Part shown: in pieces, positions 29,599 to 40,901 of the stretch
Position numbering within the stretch: the stretch's first letter is position 1
How the letters are laid out: each line of letters starts with the position of its first letter
Assembly: GCA_965222155.1 (NCBI GenBank)
Contig: CBDCTH010000012.1
Location: forward strand, 224,001 to 288,000
From: Gammaproteobacteria bacterium
GTDB taxonomy: Bacteria; Pseudomonadota; Gammaproteobacteria; Eutrophobiales; Eutrophobiaceae
DNA length: 64,000 nucleotides
Direction: 5' to 3'
Translations under genes and position numbers: made by a program
The notes under the pieces: model-generated
The model's database searches: none
What the model was told of the DNA's origin: nothing
What the model saw: only the letters and a program-made list of their open reading frames with translations

Positions 29599-30066
29599 AT
29601 GATAAACGTAAAAACAATTATTTTGGGTCTGGTCTTTGCTCTCACAGTGTCGCTGGGTATGATAGCCAAAGCGGCTAGCGATTCACCGGATCCTTGCATA
29701 ACAGCTGATCTGGGTGAGAGAAGTGATTTTTTGCTTAGCTTTGTCATAAACGGTGATAATCACGCTGTGACTGAGTTGTTAAAGTGTCCTGATGTAGACC
29801 TGAATGTGCGCGGCGGTAATAGAAGAATGACCCCTTTGATGTTTGCAGCCCAGGAGGGGCACAGCCGAATAGTGAGAATGCTCCTCGACCAAGGCGCTGA
29901 TCCCGATCTTGAGGACAACAATAGATATACGGCCATGAATTTTTCTTATGAGTCCGGGCACTCCAGCATTACCAGGATGTTGCAAGATGCCGGCGCTACA
30001 AACACACTGCCTGCGGGTCGTTCAGCTGAAACTGACGGCAAGAGTAGCGGCGGTGGTTATCGTTGA
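29599..30066 (+). CDS. Secreted ankyrin-repeat protein
   Basis: GGAGG RBS, signal peptide, TPLMFAAQEGHSRIVRMLLDQGADPD, TAMNFSYESGHSSITRMLQDAGA. Confidence 0.85.
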   Translation: MINVKTIILGLVFALTVSLGMIAKAASDSPDPCITADLGERSDFLLSFVINGDNHAVTELLKCPDVDLNVRGGNRRMTPLMFAAQEGHSRIVRMLLDQGADPDLEDNNRYTAMNFSYESGHSSITRMLQDAGATNTLPAGRSAETDGKSSGGGYR

Positions 30067-30231
30067 TAAAAGGCGTGTCTATAACCTGTTTTGGTTAATG
30101 CCACGTGGTAAAACCGGTCCGTTCTGCCGCCGTGTTCCGCTCGATCTCAGCCTCCTGCCTGGTGATTTTATTGGCATAGGTTGCCAGTCTCTCATCCTTC
30201 TCCGTTAGGTTTACCGAGCGGGAGAGAATTC

Positions 30232-31869
30232 ATGCTGGGTCTGATGATGGACAGGCAGCTGACCATTACTTCGATAATGGAACATGCCGATAAGAACCAT
30301 CCCAATGTAGAAATCGTATCCGTTACCTGTGATCAGCCCAGACATCGATATACCTATGCGGAGGCTTTTCGCAGGACGCGGCGGCTGGCGAATGCATTGG
30401 TTGACTACGGCATACAGGCAGGGGATCGCATCGCAACCTTTGCCTGGAATGATTATCGTCATTTTGAATTGTATTACGGCATAGCGGGTATAGGGGCCGT
30501 TACTCACACTGTCAACCCGCGTTTGTTTCCGGAACAAATCACGTACATCGTCAATCACGCTGAAGACAGGTTGGTTTTTGTCGACCCCTTGATTGTGCCC
30601 GTACTGGAAAAGATCAAAGCGGACTTGTCCGGGGTGGAGAAGTACGTTGTTTTAACGGATGATGAAAATATGCCGGACACCGGCCTGAAGGATGCGCAAT
30701 CTTATGAATCATTTATTGCCCGGCATTCGGATCGATTCAACTGGCCTGAGTTGGATGAAAAAATCGCCTGTTGCCTCTGCTATACCTCGGGGACGACCGG
30801 CAATCCCAAAGGGGTACTTTATCATCATCGGTCAATGGTGATACATGCACTGGTTGGCATATCACCGGACGGGCTCAACCTGTCTGTCCGGGACGTGGTC
30901 ATGCCGGTCGTACCCATGTTCCATGTTAATGCCTGGGGGTTGGCCTATGGGGCGCCGGTAGCAGGAACAAAGCTGGTCTTTCCCGGCCCCAGGATGGGGG
31001 ACGGCGTAACTCTGCAGGCATTGATTGAAGAAGAAGATGTTACTTTTTCCGCCGGGGTGCCCACGGTGTGGTTGAACATGCTGAAGTATCTTGCAGAGGC
31101 GGGTAAAGAGGTTAAGACATTACAACGGGTCGTTATCGGCGGGTCGGCCTGCCCCCGGTCGATTATGGAGGAGTTTGAGGACCGCTACGGCGTTTATGTA
31201 CACCATGCCTGGGGGATGACGGAGATGAGCCCCCTGGGCACGGTGAATACCTTGAAACCGGAGCTGCTGAAATTATCCGGGGAGGAACAATACGCCATAA
31301 GACAGAAGCAGGGGCGCGCAGTTTACGGCGTCGAGATGAAGATTGTCGATGATGATAATAATGAATTGCCCAGGGACGGGCAATCAACGGGGCTTTTGAA
31401 GGTGCGCGGGCCGTTTGTCTGTAACGATTATTACAAGCCGGACGCCCCAAGCGACGTACATGACGACGACGGCTGGCTCAGTACCGGTGATGTAGGTAAT
31501 ATCGATGCTGAAGGTTATTTACAACTCACCGATAGATCCAAGGATGTGATCAAATCCGGCGGCGAGTGGATCAGCTCCATCGAACTGGAAAACGCGGCAA
31601 TAGGCCATCCCGATGTCGCCGAAGCCGCCGTTATCGGTGTGCCCCATCCGAGGTGGTCGGAGCGGCCATTGTTGATCGTAGCCAGGAGAGAGGGCAGGGA
31701 AGCGGGGAAGGAAGAAATTCTGGAATGGCTGAAAGACAAGGTGGCGAAATGGTGGTTGCCGGACGATGTGGTATTTATCGATGAAATTCCGCATACTGCA
31801 ACGGGAAAGATACGGAAAACGGAACTGCGGAAACGCTTCCGGAATTACGCTTCCGGCTTGAATGATTGA
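30232..31869 (+). CDS. Medium/long-chain acyl-CoA ligase (AlkK/DmdB-like)
   Basis: [57 protein letters not shown]. Confidence 0.92.
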   Translation: MLGLMMDRQLTITSIMEHADKNHPNVEIVSVTCDQPRHRYTYAEAFRRTRRLANALVDYGIQAGDRIATFAWNDYRHFELYYGIAGIGAVTHTVNPRLFPEQITYIVNHAEDRLVFVDPLIVPVLEKIKADLSGVEKYVVLTDDENMPDTGLKDAQSYESFIARHSDRFNWPELDEKIACCLCYTSGTTGNPKGVLYHHRSMVIHALVGISPDGLNLSVRDVVMPVVPMFHVNAWGLAYGAPVAGTKLVFPGPRMGDGVTLQALIEEEDVTFSAGVPTVWLNMLKYLAEAGKEVKTLQRVVIGGSACPRSIMEEFEDRYGVYVHHAWGMTEMSPLGTVNTLKPELLKLSGEEQYAIRQKQGRAVYGVEMKIVDDDNNELPRDGQSTGLLKVRGPFVCNDYYKPDAPSDVHDDDGWLSTGDVGNIDAEGYLQLTDRSKDVIKSGGEWISSIELENAAIGHPDVAEAAVIGVPHPRWSERPLLIVARREGREAGKEEILEWLKDKVAKWWLPDDVVFIDEIPHTATGKIRKTELRKRFRNYASGLND

Positions 31870-32026
31870 CTCAGGGGGAATGACGATAAATACGGATTTA
31901 TTGAATAATCTGGTCGGCTGTTATTTTGTTCCGGCCATTGGCTATAATTAGCGCATGGGGAGCAGCTATAGCGATCAATATCTTTGGTGTCGCCGTCCTG
32001 ACTTTGTCCCTGTTTTAACCCGGATA

Positions 32027-35000
32027 TTACATCGACAACAGGCTGGCATTCCCGCCGATTGCCGCGCTGTTGACGGTATAGGTCTGCTCTGTGGTAAACC
32101 GTAACAGGTAGTGGGGTCCACCGGCTTTGGGTCCTGTCCCCGACAGGCCGCAGCCACCGAAGGGTTGCACGCCCACCACGGCGCCGACCATATTCCGGTT
32201 GACATAAACATTGCCGGTCCGTACCCGCTGGCGGATGTACTGCGCCTGGTGCTCAATCCGACTCTGAATACCCAGCGTAAGGCCGTAACCCAGGTCGTTG
32301 ACCTGCTCCAGCAGTGCCGGTAGTTTTCCGGCATCATAACGCAGCACGTGTAATACCGGACCGAAGATCTCCTCCTTCAGTTCAGATAAATGTTTGATTT
32401 CGATGATGGCCGGAGATACAAAATAACCCTTTACATCACCGACAGGTCCGGGTCCACGGTATATCAGCTTGCCGTCTTTCCGGGCTCCGGTGATATATTT
32501 TTCAAGTCTGGTCTGCGCCGCCCGGTCGATGACGGGTCCCATGTCCGTATCCAGGCGGGTCGGGTCCCCGGTGACCCATTCATCCATGTGATTTACCAGG
32601 AGTTCCAGCACCCGCGGCGCAATCTCCTTCTGCAAGCAGAGCACGCGCAGGGCCGAACACCGTTGACCGGCGCTGTTGAATGCGGATTGCACTGCATCCC
32701 CTACTACCTGTTCCGGGAGCGCCGAACTGTCGACCAGCATGGCGTTGATGCCGCCGGTCTCGGCGATCAAGGTTGCCAGCGGGCCGTTCCGGGCAGCCAG
32801 TTTAAGATTGATTTGCCGTGCGCTGCCCGTGGAACCGGTGAAGGCCACACCAGCTACCCTGAGATCGTAAAGCAGGGCATTGCCCAGGTCAGGGCCGGCG
32901 CCCGGCAGAAACGCCAGTACCTGTTTGGGGATGCCTGCCAGGTAGAGAAACCCGGTGAGTCGATGCGCGACCAGAGATGCCTGCTCAGCGGGTTTGGCAA
33001 TGACTGTATTCCCCGCTGCCAGCGCCGCCGCTATCTGGCCGGTATAAATGGCAATGGGGAAGTTCCACGGACTGATACAGACAAATACGCCGCGGCCGCA
33101 AAGCCGCAGGCTGTTGACCTCGCCGGCGGGTCCGGGTAAATCCAGGTCAGCGGCCATGAGCTTGCGGCAGCAGCCGGCGTAATAGCGCAGGAAATCTACG
33201 GCTTCACGCACGTCGTCGTGAGCGTCACGCAGACATTTGCCCGCCTCAAGCACACACAGGGCCGCCAACTCAGCCAGGTGCGTCTCGACAATATCCGCGG
33301 CCCTCTCAAGTATTACAGCACGATAATCCGCATCGGTACGGCGCCAGGACGTGAACGCATCTGCCGTAATGGCCAATGCCTGTGCGGCGATATCCGGGGT
33401 GGCTTCCCATACTCGGCCGACCCGTTCCCGGATATCAGCGGGATTGTCTATCGTCCTGGATATGCCGCCCAGAGTTTTACCATTGACTATGGGGGCGGCC
33501 GTCCATTCACGCGCGCGGGACCGGGAGACACTTTCAAACAGCGGCGCCAGTTCCCCCTTATCGGCAAAATTGAACCCGCCGGAGTTTTTCCGCTCAAGCC
33601 CGAACAGGTCCGGCGGCACCGGGATGCGTGGATGGCGGGTTATCCCGTTATGTTGTTCCAGTGTGTCGACCGGGTCCGTGACCAGTTCCGGGATGGAAAC
33701 CTCCCGGTCTGCAATGCGATTGATAAATGACACGTTGGCGCCGTTCTCCAGCAAGCGGCGCACGAGATAGGGGAGCAGGTCTTCGTGCGCACCTACCGGC
33801 GCATAGACGCGACAGGGTATGTCAAGACCCCGCGTATCGGTCATGGCAGCGTACAGTTCTTCACCCATGCCGTACAGCCGCTGGAATTCAAAAGCCCGAT
33901 CACCCGCATGGTGATACACGTAGCTGACGGTATGGGCGTTATGGGTGGCAAACTGCGGGTATATATTCGGACAGTCCGCAAGCAGGTAACGGGCGCAAGC
34001 CAGGTAGGAAATATCGGTATTGCGTTTCAGCGTAAACACCGGGTAGTCCGCCAGCCCCTGTTCCTGGGCCTGCTTGATCTCCATGTCCCAATAGGCGCCC
34101 TTGACCAGGCGCACAGGGATCACGCGCCCCTGTTCATTGGCAAGCCGGTTGAGACTTGCCAGCAAGGTCAGGGAGCGTTTCTGGTAAGCCTGTACTGCAA
34201 GGCCCAGCCCGGTCCAGTCGCGTAGGCTGGTATGGAGATAAAGCCATTCAAAAACCTGAAGAACGATCTCAAGCCGGTCAGCCTCTTCCGCGTCGATTGT
34301 CATGGCGATTCCCGCGGCGCGGGCGACTGTCCCGAGGCGCAGCAGGCGCTCCGTCAACTCAGAGATTGCGCGGGCGGACTGGTTGGGTTCGAAGCGCGGG
34401 CACAGGGAGGAAAGCTTGACCGAAATGCCCGGGCGTTCCTGTCCCTCTGTCCCGGCGCCGGCACACCTGCCCAGCGCCTCAATGGCCCGCGTATAGGCGC
34501 GTTCGTAATGCTGCGCAGCAGCCTTGGTCATGGCCGCCTCTCCCAGCATGTCGTAGGAAAAACAATAATGGCGGAGGTCGCCCGTTTCACTACGCTGCAG
34601 GGCTTCATCAATAGTGCGCCCCATGACGAATTCGTCCGCCATTATTTTCATGGCAGCTTTCAACGCCGCGCGCAATATCGGTTGTTCGAGACGGCCCAGT
34701 AATTTACGCAGCAGGTCCAGCGCTGCAAAGGCCTCATCCGGTCCGGGGTAAAGTAATTTTCCCGTCAGCATCAGCCCCCAGGTAGACGCGTTGACAAACA
34801 GGGAACTGTCTTTTCCCAGGTGTTGTTCCCAATCAGCGGAGTTGAGCTTATCGGCAATCAGGGCATCCACCGTACCCGTATCAGGGACCCGTAACAAAGC
34901 CTCGGCCAAGCACATCAGGACTACTCCCTCGTGGGAGGACAGGTCGTAATGGTTGAGAAATGCATGCAGGCCGGAAGAATGTTGCTGCCGCTCGCGTACG

Positions 35001-35158
35001 GTTTCCGCCAGGGACCTTGCTGTGCTTTCAATCTTTTGTTTCAATGCCGGCTCCGAACGGGCCAATGGTAACAATCGTTCCAGGATGCTCCCTTCGTCTG
35101 CGAGGTAATCGCGGTTGATCCCGGCGCTGAGACTGCATGAACGATTTGCTGAAGACAT
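32027..35158 (-). CDS. putA: Bifunctional proline dehydrogenase / P5C dehydrogenase
   Basis: LMCLAEALLRVPD, SYDMLGE, RLVKGAYWD, ATHNAHT, LVRRLLENGAN, ETGG, SAGQRCSA, GTGPKAGGP. Confidence 0.97.
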   Translation of the reverse strand: MSSANRSCSLSAGINRDYLADEGSILERLLPLARSEPALKQKIESTARSLAETVRERQQHSSGLHAFLNHYDLSSHEGVVLMCLAEALLRVPDTGTVDALIADKLNSADWEQHLGKDSSLFVNASTWGLMLTGKLLYPGPDEAFAALDLLRKLLGRLEQPILRAALKAAMKIMADEFVMGRTIDEALQRSETGDLRHYCFSYDMLGEAAMTKAAAQHYERAYTRAIEALGRCAGAGTEGQERPGISVKLSSLCPRFEPNQSARAISELTERLLRLGTVARAAGIAMTIDAEEADRLEIVLQVFEWLYLHTSLRDWTGLGLAVQAYQKRSLTLLASLNRLANEQGRVIPVRLVKGAYWDMEIKQAQEQGLADYPVFTLKRNTDISYLACARYLLADCPNIYPQFATHNAHTVSYVYHHAGDRAFEFQRLYGMGEELYAAMTDTRGLDIPCRVYAPVGAHEDLLPYLVRRLLENGANVSFINRIADREVSIPELVTDPVDTLEQHNGITRHPRIPVPPDLFGLERKNSGGFNFADKGELAPLFESVSRSRAREWTAAPIVNGKTLGGISRTIDNPADIRERVGRVWEATPDIAAQALAITADAFTSWRRTDADYRAVILERAADIVETHLAELAALCVLEAGKCLRDAHDDVREAVDFLRYYAGCCRKLMAADLDLPGPAGEVNSLRLCGRGVFVCISPWNFPIAIYTGQIAAALAAGNTVIAKPAEQASLVAHRLTGFLYLAGIPKQVLAFLPGAGPDLGNALLYDLRVAGVAFTGSTGSARQINLKLAARNGPLATLIAETGGINAMLVDSSALPEQVVGDAVQSAFNSAGQRCSALRVLCLQKEIAPRVLELLVNHMDEWVTGDPTRLDTDMGPVIDRAAQTRLEKYITGARKDGKLIYRGPGPVGDVKGYFVSPAIIEIKHLSELKEEIFGPVLHVLRYDAGKLPALLEQVNDLGYGLTLGIQSRIEHQAQYIRQRVRTGNVYVNRNMVGAVVGVQPFGGCGLSGTGPKAGGPHYLLRFTTEQTYTVNSAAIGGNASLLSM

Positions 35159-35292
35159 CAATATCCTGGTTTAGAAAATATAATAATATTTTGTATTTTA
35201 GCAATTATATTTTTAATTATATTTCTATTAATCTATATTTATGAAATATAATATTTATATATTATGATTTATTAAAATTATATATCACTATC

Positions 35293-35769
35293 ATGAAAGA
35301 CCGGATTGATCGTATCGACCTGAAAATTCTGCGCGTCCTGCAGGGCAATGGCAGAATGTCAAATATTGAACTGTCCAGGCAGGTGAATCTCAGCCCCGCC
35401 CCTTGTCTGGCGCGGGTACGGAGGCTGGAAAAGGCGGGGTACATCAACGGTTACAGGGCGGAACTCAATCCCGAACTCCTGGGTTTATCGTTGCTGGCCT
35501 ACGTCGAGATTACCCTGGACCGGACCACTCCGGACGTATTTGAGCGGTTCAAGCAGGCCGTACGCGACGTCCCCGAGATCGAAGAATGTCACATGGTAGC
35601 CGGCGGGTTTGATTACCTGATCAAGGTACGCAGCCCGGACATGGATGCATACCGAAGAATTCTGGGGGAGAAGATCGCGACCATACCCGGCGTTTTACAG
35701 ACCCATACCTACGTCGTCATGGAGCAGGTGAAGGTTGCCGGGGAGTTGAATATCAGTATGCAGGAGTGA
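35293..35769 (+). CDS. putR: Lrp/AsnC regulator (PutR-like), divergent from putA
   Basis: DRIDLKILRVLQ, LSPAPCLARVRRLE, ECHMVAGGFDYL; very AT-rich intergenic region 35160-35292. Confidence 0.85.
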   Translation: MKDRIDRIDLKILRVLQGNGRMSNIELSRQVNLSPAPCLARVRRLEKAGYINGYRAELNPELLGLSLLAYVEITLDRTTPDVFERFKQAVRDVPEIEECHMVAGGFDYLIKVRSPDMDAYRRILGEKIATIPGVLQTHTYVVMEQVKVAGELNISMQE

Positions 35770-35907
35770 GATCACAATGCAAAAAACCGAAGCCACCCTA
35801 TCGGGTAGTATTTCAGACACCAGGGGCATAATATAATAACCTGAGTGGGATTGGTTATCAAAATCCACAGTCAATAACACGGTTGCTTCAGGTTTACAGG
35901 CCAGACA

Positions 35908-38642
35908 TGGGAAAGAATAGTGATAATCTATTCGGTGACAGGGATTGGCTTATTTTTGGAAAGTTCGAATCCCAACACAGCCTGATCTCCCAGGTTTCCC
36001 GCCCGGCGCTGCTTAAAAAACTGAACCAGTCTGCACAAGGCGCGCTTACCCTGGTTGTCACGCCGGCAGGTTATGGAAAATCTACCCTCCTCTCTCAATG
36101 GTTCAAAACCCTGGCCGGTTCGGACCACATCGCCGCCTGGCTTACTCTGGATGAAAGCGACCGCGTGCCGCACCAGTTCTGTTCCCATATCGTGCTTTCC
36201 CTGTGTTATACGGGAGCAGAGATGGGGGCGCTGGAAAAACTTGCAGAACAGGAATTTGTCGACGTGCCCATAGATGCGGTGATCCGAACCCTGTCGGCGT
36301 CACTGGCCAGGCAAAGTAAGCCTGTCATCATCATAATTGAAGATTATCATCGGGTAGGTGATAGCCATATCGACACTGTCATGGAAAAATTCCTTGACCT
36401 CTCCACCGGGTCGACTCACTTTGTGGTGAGTTCCCGGGAAAAACCCGGGTTCAATTTCTCCAGCCTCAAGGTCAACGGACTGGTGCAGGAGTTTGACAAC
36501 AACGACCTGCGTTTCAGTATCGAGGACACCTATCGGCTGTTTCCGGATGATTGCAAAAAGTCCGAACTGAAAACCCTGGCCAGGAAAACCGAGGGCTGGG
36601 CTGTTGCCCTGCAACTGGCGCGCTCCATCCTGGATAATGAAACATCACTCGCCAACGTTATCCAGAACCTGTCCGGCGTGACCGACGATCTTGCCGAGTA
36701 TCTCAACCAGCAAATCTACGGCGGGCTCTCCGATGCAATAAAACAGGTGCTGCGGCAGACTTCGATCCTCGACCGCTTCAACGTCAGTCTGGCTAATGCC
36801 GTATGTAAACGCATCGACTGCCTGGATATCCTCGACCGGCTTAAACGACGCCACTCATTAATCGTTTCAACACAACGGGAGACGGGTTGGTATCGCTATC
36901 ACCACCTGTTACTGGAATTTCTCAATAATGAACTCGAACGGGTCGAACCGGAACTCATTGCTACGCTGCATATACGCGCCGCCGACTGGTATGAGAATAA
37001 TAATTTTCCAGCACTTGCCGTCAAACACGCCTGTCTTGCCGGAAACCTCGCACAGGCTGCGCGGATCATGGAAGACTCCGGCGGCTGGGAGCTTATCCTG
37101 TTCGGCGGCATTCCGCCGTTCAGACGCCTCATCGCTTCATTTTCCATTACGGATTTCTCAAAATTTCCCCGTATCGAGATTGCCCGAATTTATTACCTGA
37201 TAAAGAATGGTGAAATCCTTCAAGCCCGGCGCTTCTTCAATCGATTGCTGGAGACCAACCAGTGCCTGCTTGTGGAAAACAGCGAAGCAGCCCGCGCATT
37301 ACAACGCGACAGCGTTTTGATCGGCGCGCTGCTGGACGTCTACGAAGATAAAATAACCAGCCGGGAAGGACTGGAGGAGATTGTCGGTATTTCGGTCAAT
37401 CTGGCACACTCCGATGCAGCCGGACACTCGATAATCACGGCCTGTTCCGCGGTCTCCGCACTGACCATCGGCAGCTTCAAGGAAGCCCTGGATTACGCCA
37501 CCCACTGCTGCCGGTATATGCGGGAGATAAGTTGCATGCAGGGTCTGAGTTACGCCTTGATTCACCAGGGACGCGCCTCTCTATACCTGGGCCAGTTCAG
37601 GGAAGCCGGCGCTATCTTCAGTGAGGCACTTGAGATGATTGAAGAGAATTTCGGGGCGGAGAGCAACCTCAAGGCCATCGCGGAAATTCTCACTGCATCA
37701 GCGGACTATATCACTGACCGGGAAACATTCGACCAGGAACGCCTCACGGGGGCGCTGGTCCAGATGGAACATTACGATGGCTGGTTCGATATTTACGCGG
37801 CAGGCTACGGGACTGTTGCTTCCATCGCTTTCAGGCGCGCCGGCCTGCCGGCGGCCAGAAATATATTACAACGGGGGCGGCGCATGGCGGAAATACGTTA
37901 TCTCCCGAGATTGAGCGAATTTATCGATGCCTGTGAATACCTGTACCTGGTGCGCTCGGGCGAATGGCAAGAAGCCAGAACGCTTGCGAAATTGAAGAAA
38001 ATCAGTTTCAGGCCGGACGCGACGAATTCCGTGAACTGGTGGAGCGCTCATCTCGTGGGCACGGCCGAAGGTCTCATGGCGCTCTCCACCCACAGGAACA
38101 AACACGCCCTGGAGGTAGCCGGTTCGCTGATCAACATCGCCCGGAGCGGCAATAACCGCTGGCACGAGCTGGAAGCCTCCCTGCTCATGTCCCTTGCGCT
38201 GCTTGCCGGCAGGCAGGACGAGCGCGCTTTTGCAAACCTGACGGACACACTGGATATTGCAGCCAAGGAAGGCACCTACCGCATACTGCTGGATTTCGGC
38301 AAACCCCTTGAGGAACTCCTGTCGCGTTTCTACCGTCGGCAGCGCAGCAACCTGCGTCTCAGCAGCTTTACCGGCAGTTTTGTAAAGGACTGTCTGGCGC
38401 GGTTTCACAAGACACCGTACCAACTCAGGGAAAAACCACCGGAAGCGCTCCTGCTCAGCCCGCGCGAACTCGAGATACTCCAGGAACTCGCACTGGGTTT
38501 TTCCAACAAGGACATTGCCCGCATGCTCGACATGACGGAAAATACGGTCAAATTCCATATGAAAAACATCTTCAAAAAGCTCGACGTGGACAACCGCATT
38601 CGCGCGGTGTCCACCGGCCAGGAGATGGGCCTGATCTCATGA
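35908..38642 (+). CDS. MalT-like large ATP-binding LuxR regulator
   Basis: PAGYGKSTLL, TEGWAVALQL, WYRYHHL, C-terminal LSPRELEIL..GFSNKDIA..ENTVKFHMKNIFKKL. Confidence 0.93.
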
Positions 38643-38659
38643 TGCCGGGAAAATAGTCC

Positions 38660-38684
38660 GGGGACGGATTTTAAATCCGTCCCC
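38660..38684. repeat. Palindrome GGGGACGGATTTTAAATCCGTCCCC
   Basis: Variant of the R-element palindrome; second copy at 42433-42453. Confidence 0.8.
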
Positions 38685-38771
38685 ATTTATTCATCATTCA
38701 CCCATCCATCATTCCTGCTTCTGCAGAATGACGAACGGGGGTGCAGGAATGAGGGATGGGGGATGTTTGTT

Positions 38772-39731
38772 TTATTTCTTGGTAATCTTTGGGCCGACGT
38801 ATACTACATAAACCGGTTCACCGAACTGGATGGGCCAGGAAAAATGTAACCGTAAGACTTTATGGCGCTCCTTGCCATGCCATGGACAAAACAGGAATTT
38901 TTCAGGATTGCTCGGATGCTTAAACGTCAACTTATTACAAAATTTGCTCTTCTCCGTATCAGTCGAATCAGAAAACAGCGCGTTTTCACCTTTGAAGAAG
39001 TCTTGGTAAATTCGATGACCTTCGGGTGTTCTTTTACCGGCCTCATCAAAGGCTCCTGCTAACTGGTCCAGAATGCTGAAAAGTTCAAGAATACGTTCCA
39101 TCGAACTCTTTGTGAATGTAACGCCTTCAAGAGGTCGAAAGCATTCGTTTGCAAAAGTCAGATTGCTGAATCGATGAGTCGAGGTACTTCCCAAATCATC
39201 CCATGACCGAACCGGCGGGATGGTAGTTGTTAATTCTTTTTCCAGTGAGGTGGCATCCCGCCAATTTTCGAGTCTTGTGTTTCGGTTTTTTAGTCCTTCA
39301 TCTTCCCGCTTCCAAATTACCTCAACAGGCGAGAAGTTCCAATCGGATGGGGTTATGCTGACCAAACCACATTCAACACTATGCAGTTTTCGATAAGCTG
39401 CTTCTCCCACGGCGGATTCAGTAACCACTTCCCCCCGGCATTCCAGCCACACATCACCACTATGCCGGCGAAGGTCATCCCAAAAGGGACCGCCACGTGT
39501 CAGCCAACTGATCGTAGCTCGCCGTTCGCTTTCACGAAGTCGCCTAAGCGCTTGCTGTATCGGCACGCCGGGCAATGGTTCAACCCTCAAAAATGCTCGA
39601 TGGCAATACACCTCCCGGCCGAAATGCTTGGCCATTTTTCGCATGGCCATAAGCTCTTGCAACGCTTTGCGAAAGGATGATATGTCATGAAATTGTTGGT
39701 GAATTGAAAGATCATTTGCGAACAGTTCCAT
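38772..39731 (-). CDS. Putative defence effector (Menshen NsnC-like; C-terminus RelE-like)
   Basis: Third gene of the DUF262/DUF3696 operon; C-terminal WHGK...LRLHF...VYVVYVGPK. Confidence 0.55.
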   Translation of the reverse strand: MELFANDLSIHQQFHDISSFRKALQELMAMRKMAKHFGREVYCHRAFLRVEPLPGVPIQQALRRLRESERRATISWLTRGGPFWDDLRRHSGDVWLECRGEVVTESAVGEAAYRKLHSVECGLVSITPSDWNFSPVEVIWKREDEGLKNRNTRLENWRDATSLEKELTTTIPPVRSWDDLGSTSTHRFSNLTFANECFRPLEGVTFTKSSMERILELFSILDQLAGAFDEAGKRTPEGHRIYQDFFKGENALFSDSTDTEKSKFCNKLTFKHPSNPEKFLFCPWHGKERHKVLRLHFSWPIQFGEPVYVVYVGPKITKK

Positions 39732-39732
39732 C

Positions 39733-40890
39733 TCAACCCCACCCGGCGAAGTAATTCATGTCCTTGTCGAACTGGTCAAAGAACCCTTCCGGCCAGGTAT
39801 CGATATTTCCATCGTTGTCCATAACCGGGCTCTGTACCTGTGCAATACCTTCCCGCTCACACTCATGGCGCGACAGGAAAAAATGCAGAGCGACCCTGTC
39901 GGGAGATAATTTTTTCTTTCTGACTGCTCTTCTGACCCCGTTCAATACATGGTCGCTATGGGTTTCCAGTATGACCTGCACCCCGGCGGCGGCAACTTCA
40001 GCCAGAAATTCACCCATCATTGCCTGCCCTGCGGGGTGAAGATGCACTTCCGGATTTTCTATTAATAAGAGGTCGTCCGGACCTGCGGACAAGGCTGCTA
40101 CTACTATCGGGAATACCTGCGTCAACCCGAACCCTGTATGAATGGGCCGATGGAAATCCGTATCATCGGAGGTGCGAATACCCAAGGTTACAGCATTGGC
40201 ATTCGGAACCTTGTCTATCGTCAAATCACAACCAGGGAAGAAATTATTCATTCTTGCTATTGTCTGATACAGACGCGTCGGCGGTTCTCCCTCGATCACC
40301 AGGTCTTTGAGGATGTGCTCATCACTACCCGAATAAAGTACGCTTACGGCATGCTCCCCTCTCGGCCCGACAACGGGCGCAAGCTGGGAGTCTTCCAACG
40401 GATAATATTCACGCGGCCCCAGCCTCTCCGCGGTAAGATAAGTGAGCCTGAGCAGGCATTCGATCAACATGTGAGTGTGCTGGCGCGCCGTCTCAGGCAG
40501 CAGGTGGTGCAACATCTCCGGATCAGTTTCTTCAAGGACTTCAATGCCACTGACTCCTACGTGTTTTACCACCATCGACATTTCGTCCCGTTCTCCCGTA
40601 AATTCCCATCTGTGATCTGCTATAAGATCCTGCAGGGCAATCCCGCAGGAGCGCCGTCCGTAAACTTTGTCGATTACGTCGGCTACGGTGCCAAGCCGAA
40701 CGACGGCGCCGTTGAGCATGAGACGCGACGACCATTCATGTTCCCGCATCGTTTGATGCAGAAGCGTCAGCGCCTGGATTATTGATGATTTACCGGATGC
40801 GTTGGCACCGGAGAGCAGTGTCAGGGGGCATAGATGCAGCTTCAACAATTTGAAGCATTTAAAATATTGCAGGTCTATCCGTGTAAGCAT
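39733..40890 (-). CDS. AAA ATPase with DUF3696 (Menshen NsnB-like)
   Basis: SGANASGKSS, GFGLTQVFP, IENPEVHLHP, ETHSDH, WPEGFFDQ. Confidence 0.88.
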   Translation of the reverse strand: MLTRIDLQYFKCFKLLKLHLCPLTLLSGANASGKSSIIQALTLLHQTMREHEWSSRLMLNGAVVRLGTVADVIDKVYGRRSCGIALQDLIADHRWEFTGERDEMSMVVKHVGVSGIEVLEETDPEMLHHLLPETARQHTHMLIECLLRLTYLTAERLGPREYYPLEDSQLAPVVGPRGEHAVSVLYSGSDEHILKDLVIEGEPPTRLYQTIARMNNFFPGCDLTIDKVPNANAVTLGIRTSDDTDFHRPIHTGFGLTQVFPIVVAALSAGPDDLLLIENPEVHLHPAGQAMMGEFLAEVAAAGVQVILETHSDHVLNGVRRAVRKKKLSPDRVALHFFLSRHECEREGIAQVQSPVMDNDGNIDTWPEGFFDQFDKDMNYFAGWG

Positions 40891-40901
40891 ACTGGATATC
40901 C

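Noticed and set aside
35160-35292. Extremely AT-rich stretch as a possible origin or foreign DNA
   Set aside because: It is the divergent putA/Lrp-family control region, where AT richness is expected; no DnaA boxes or iterons seen.
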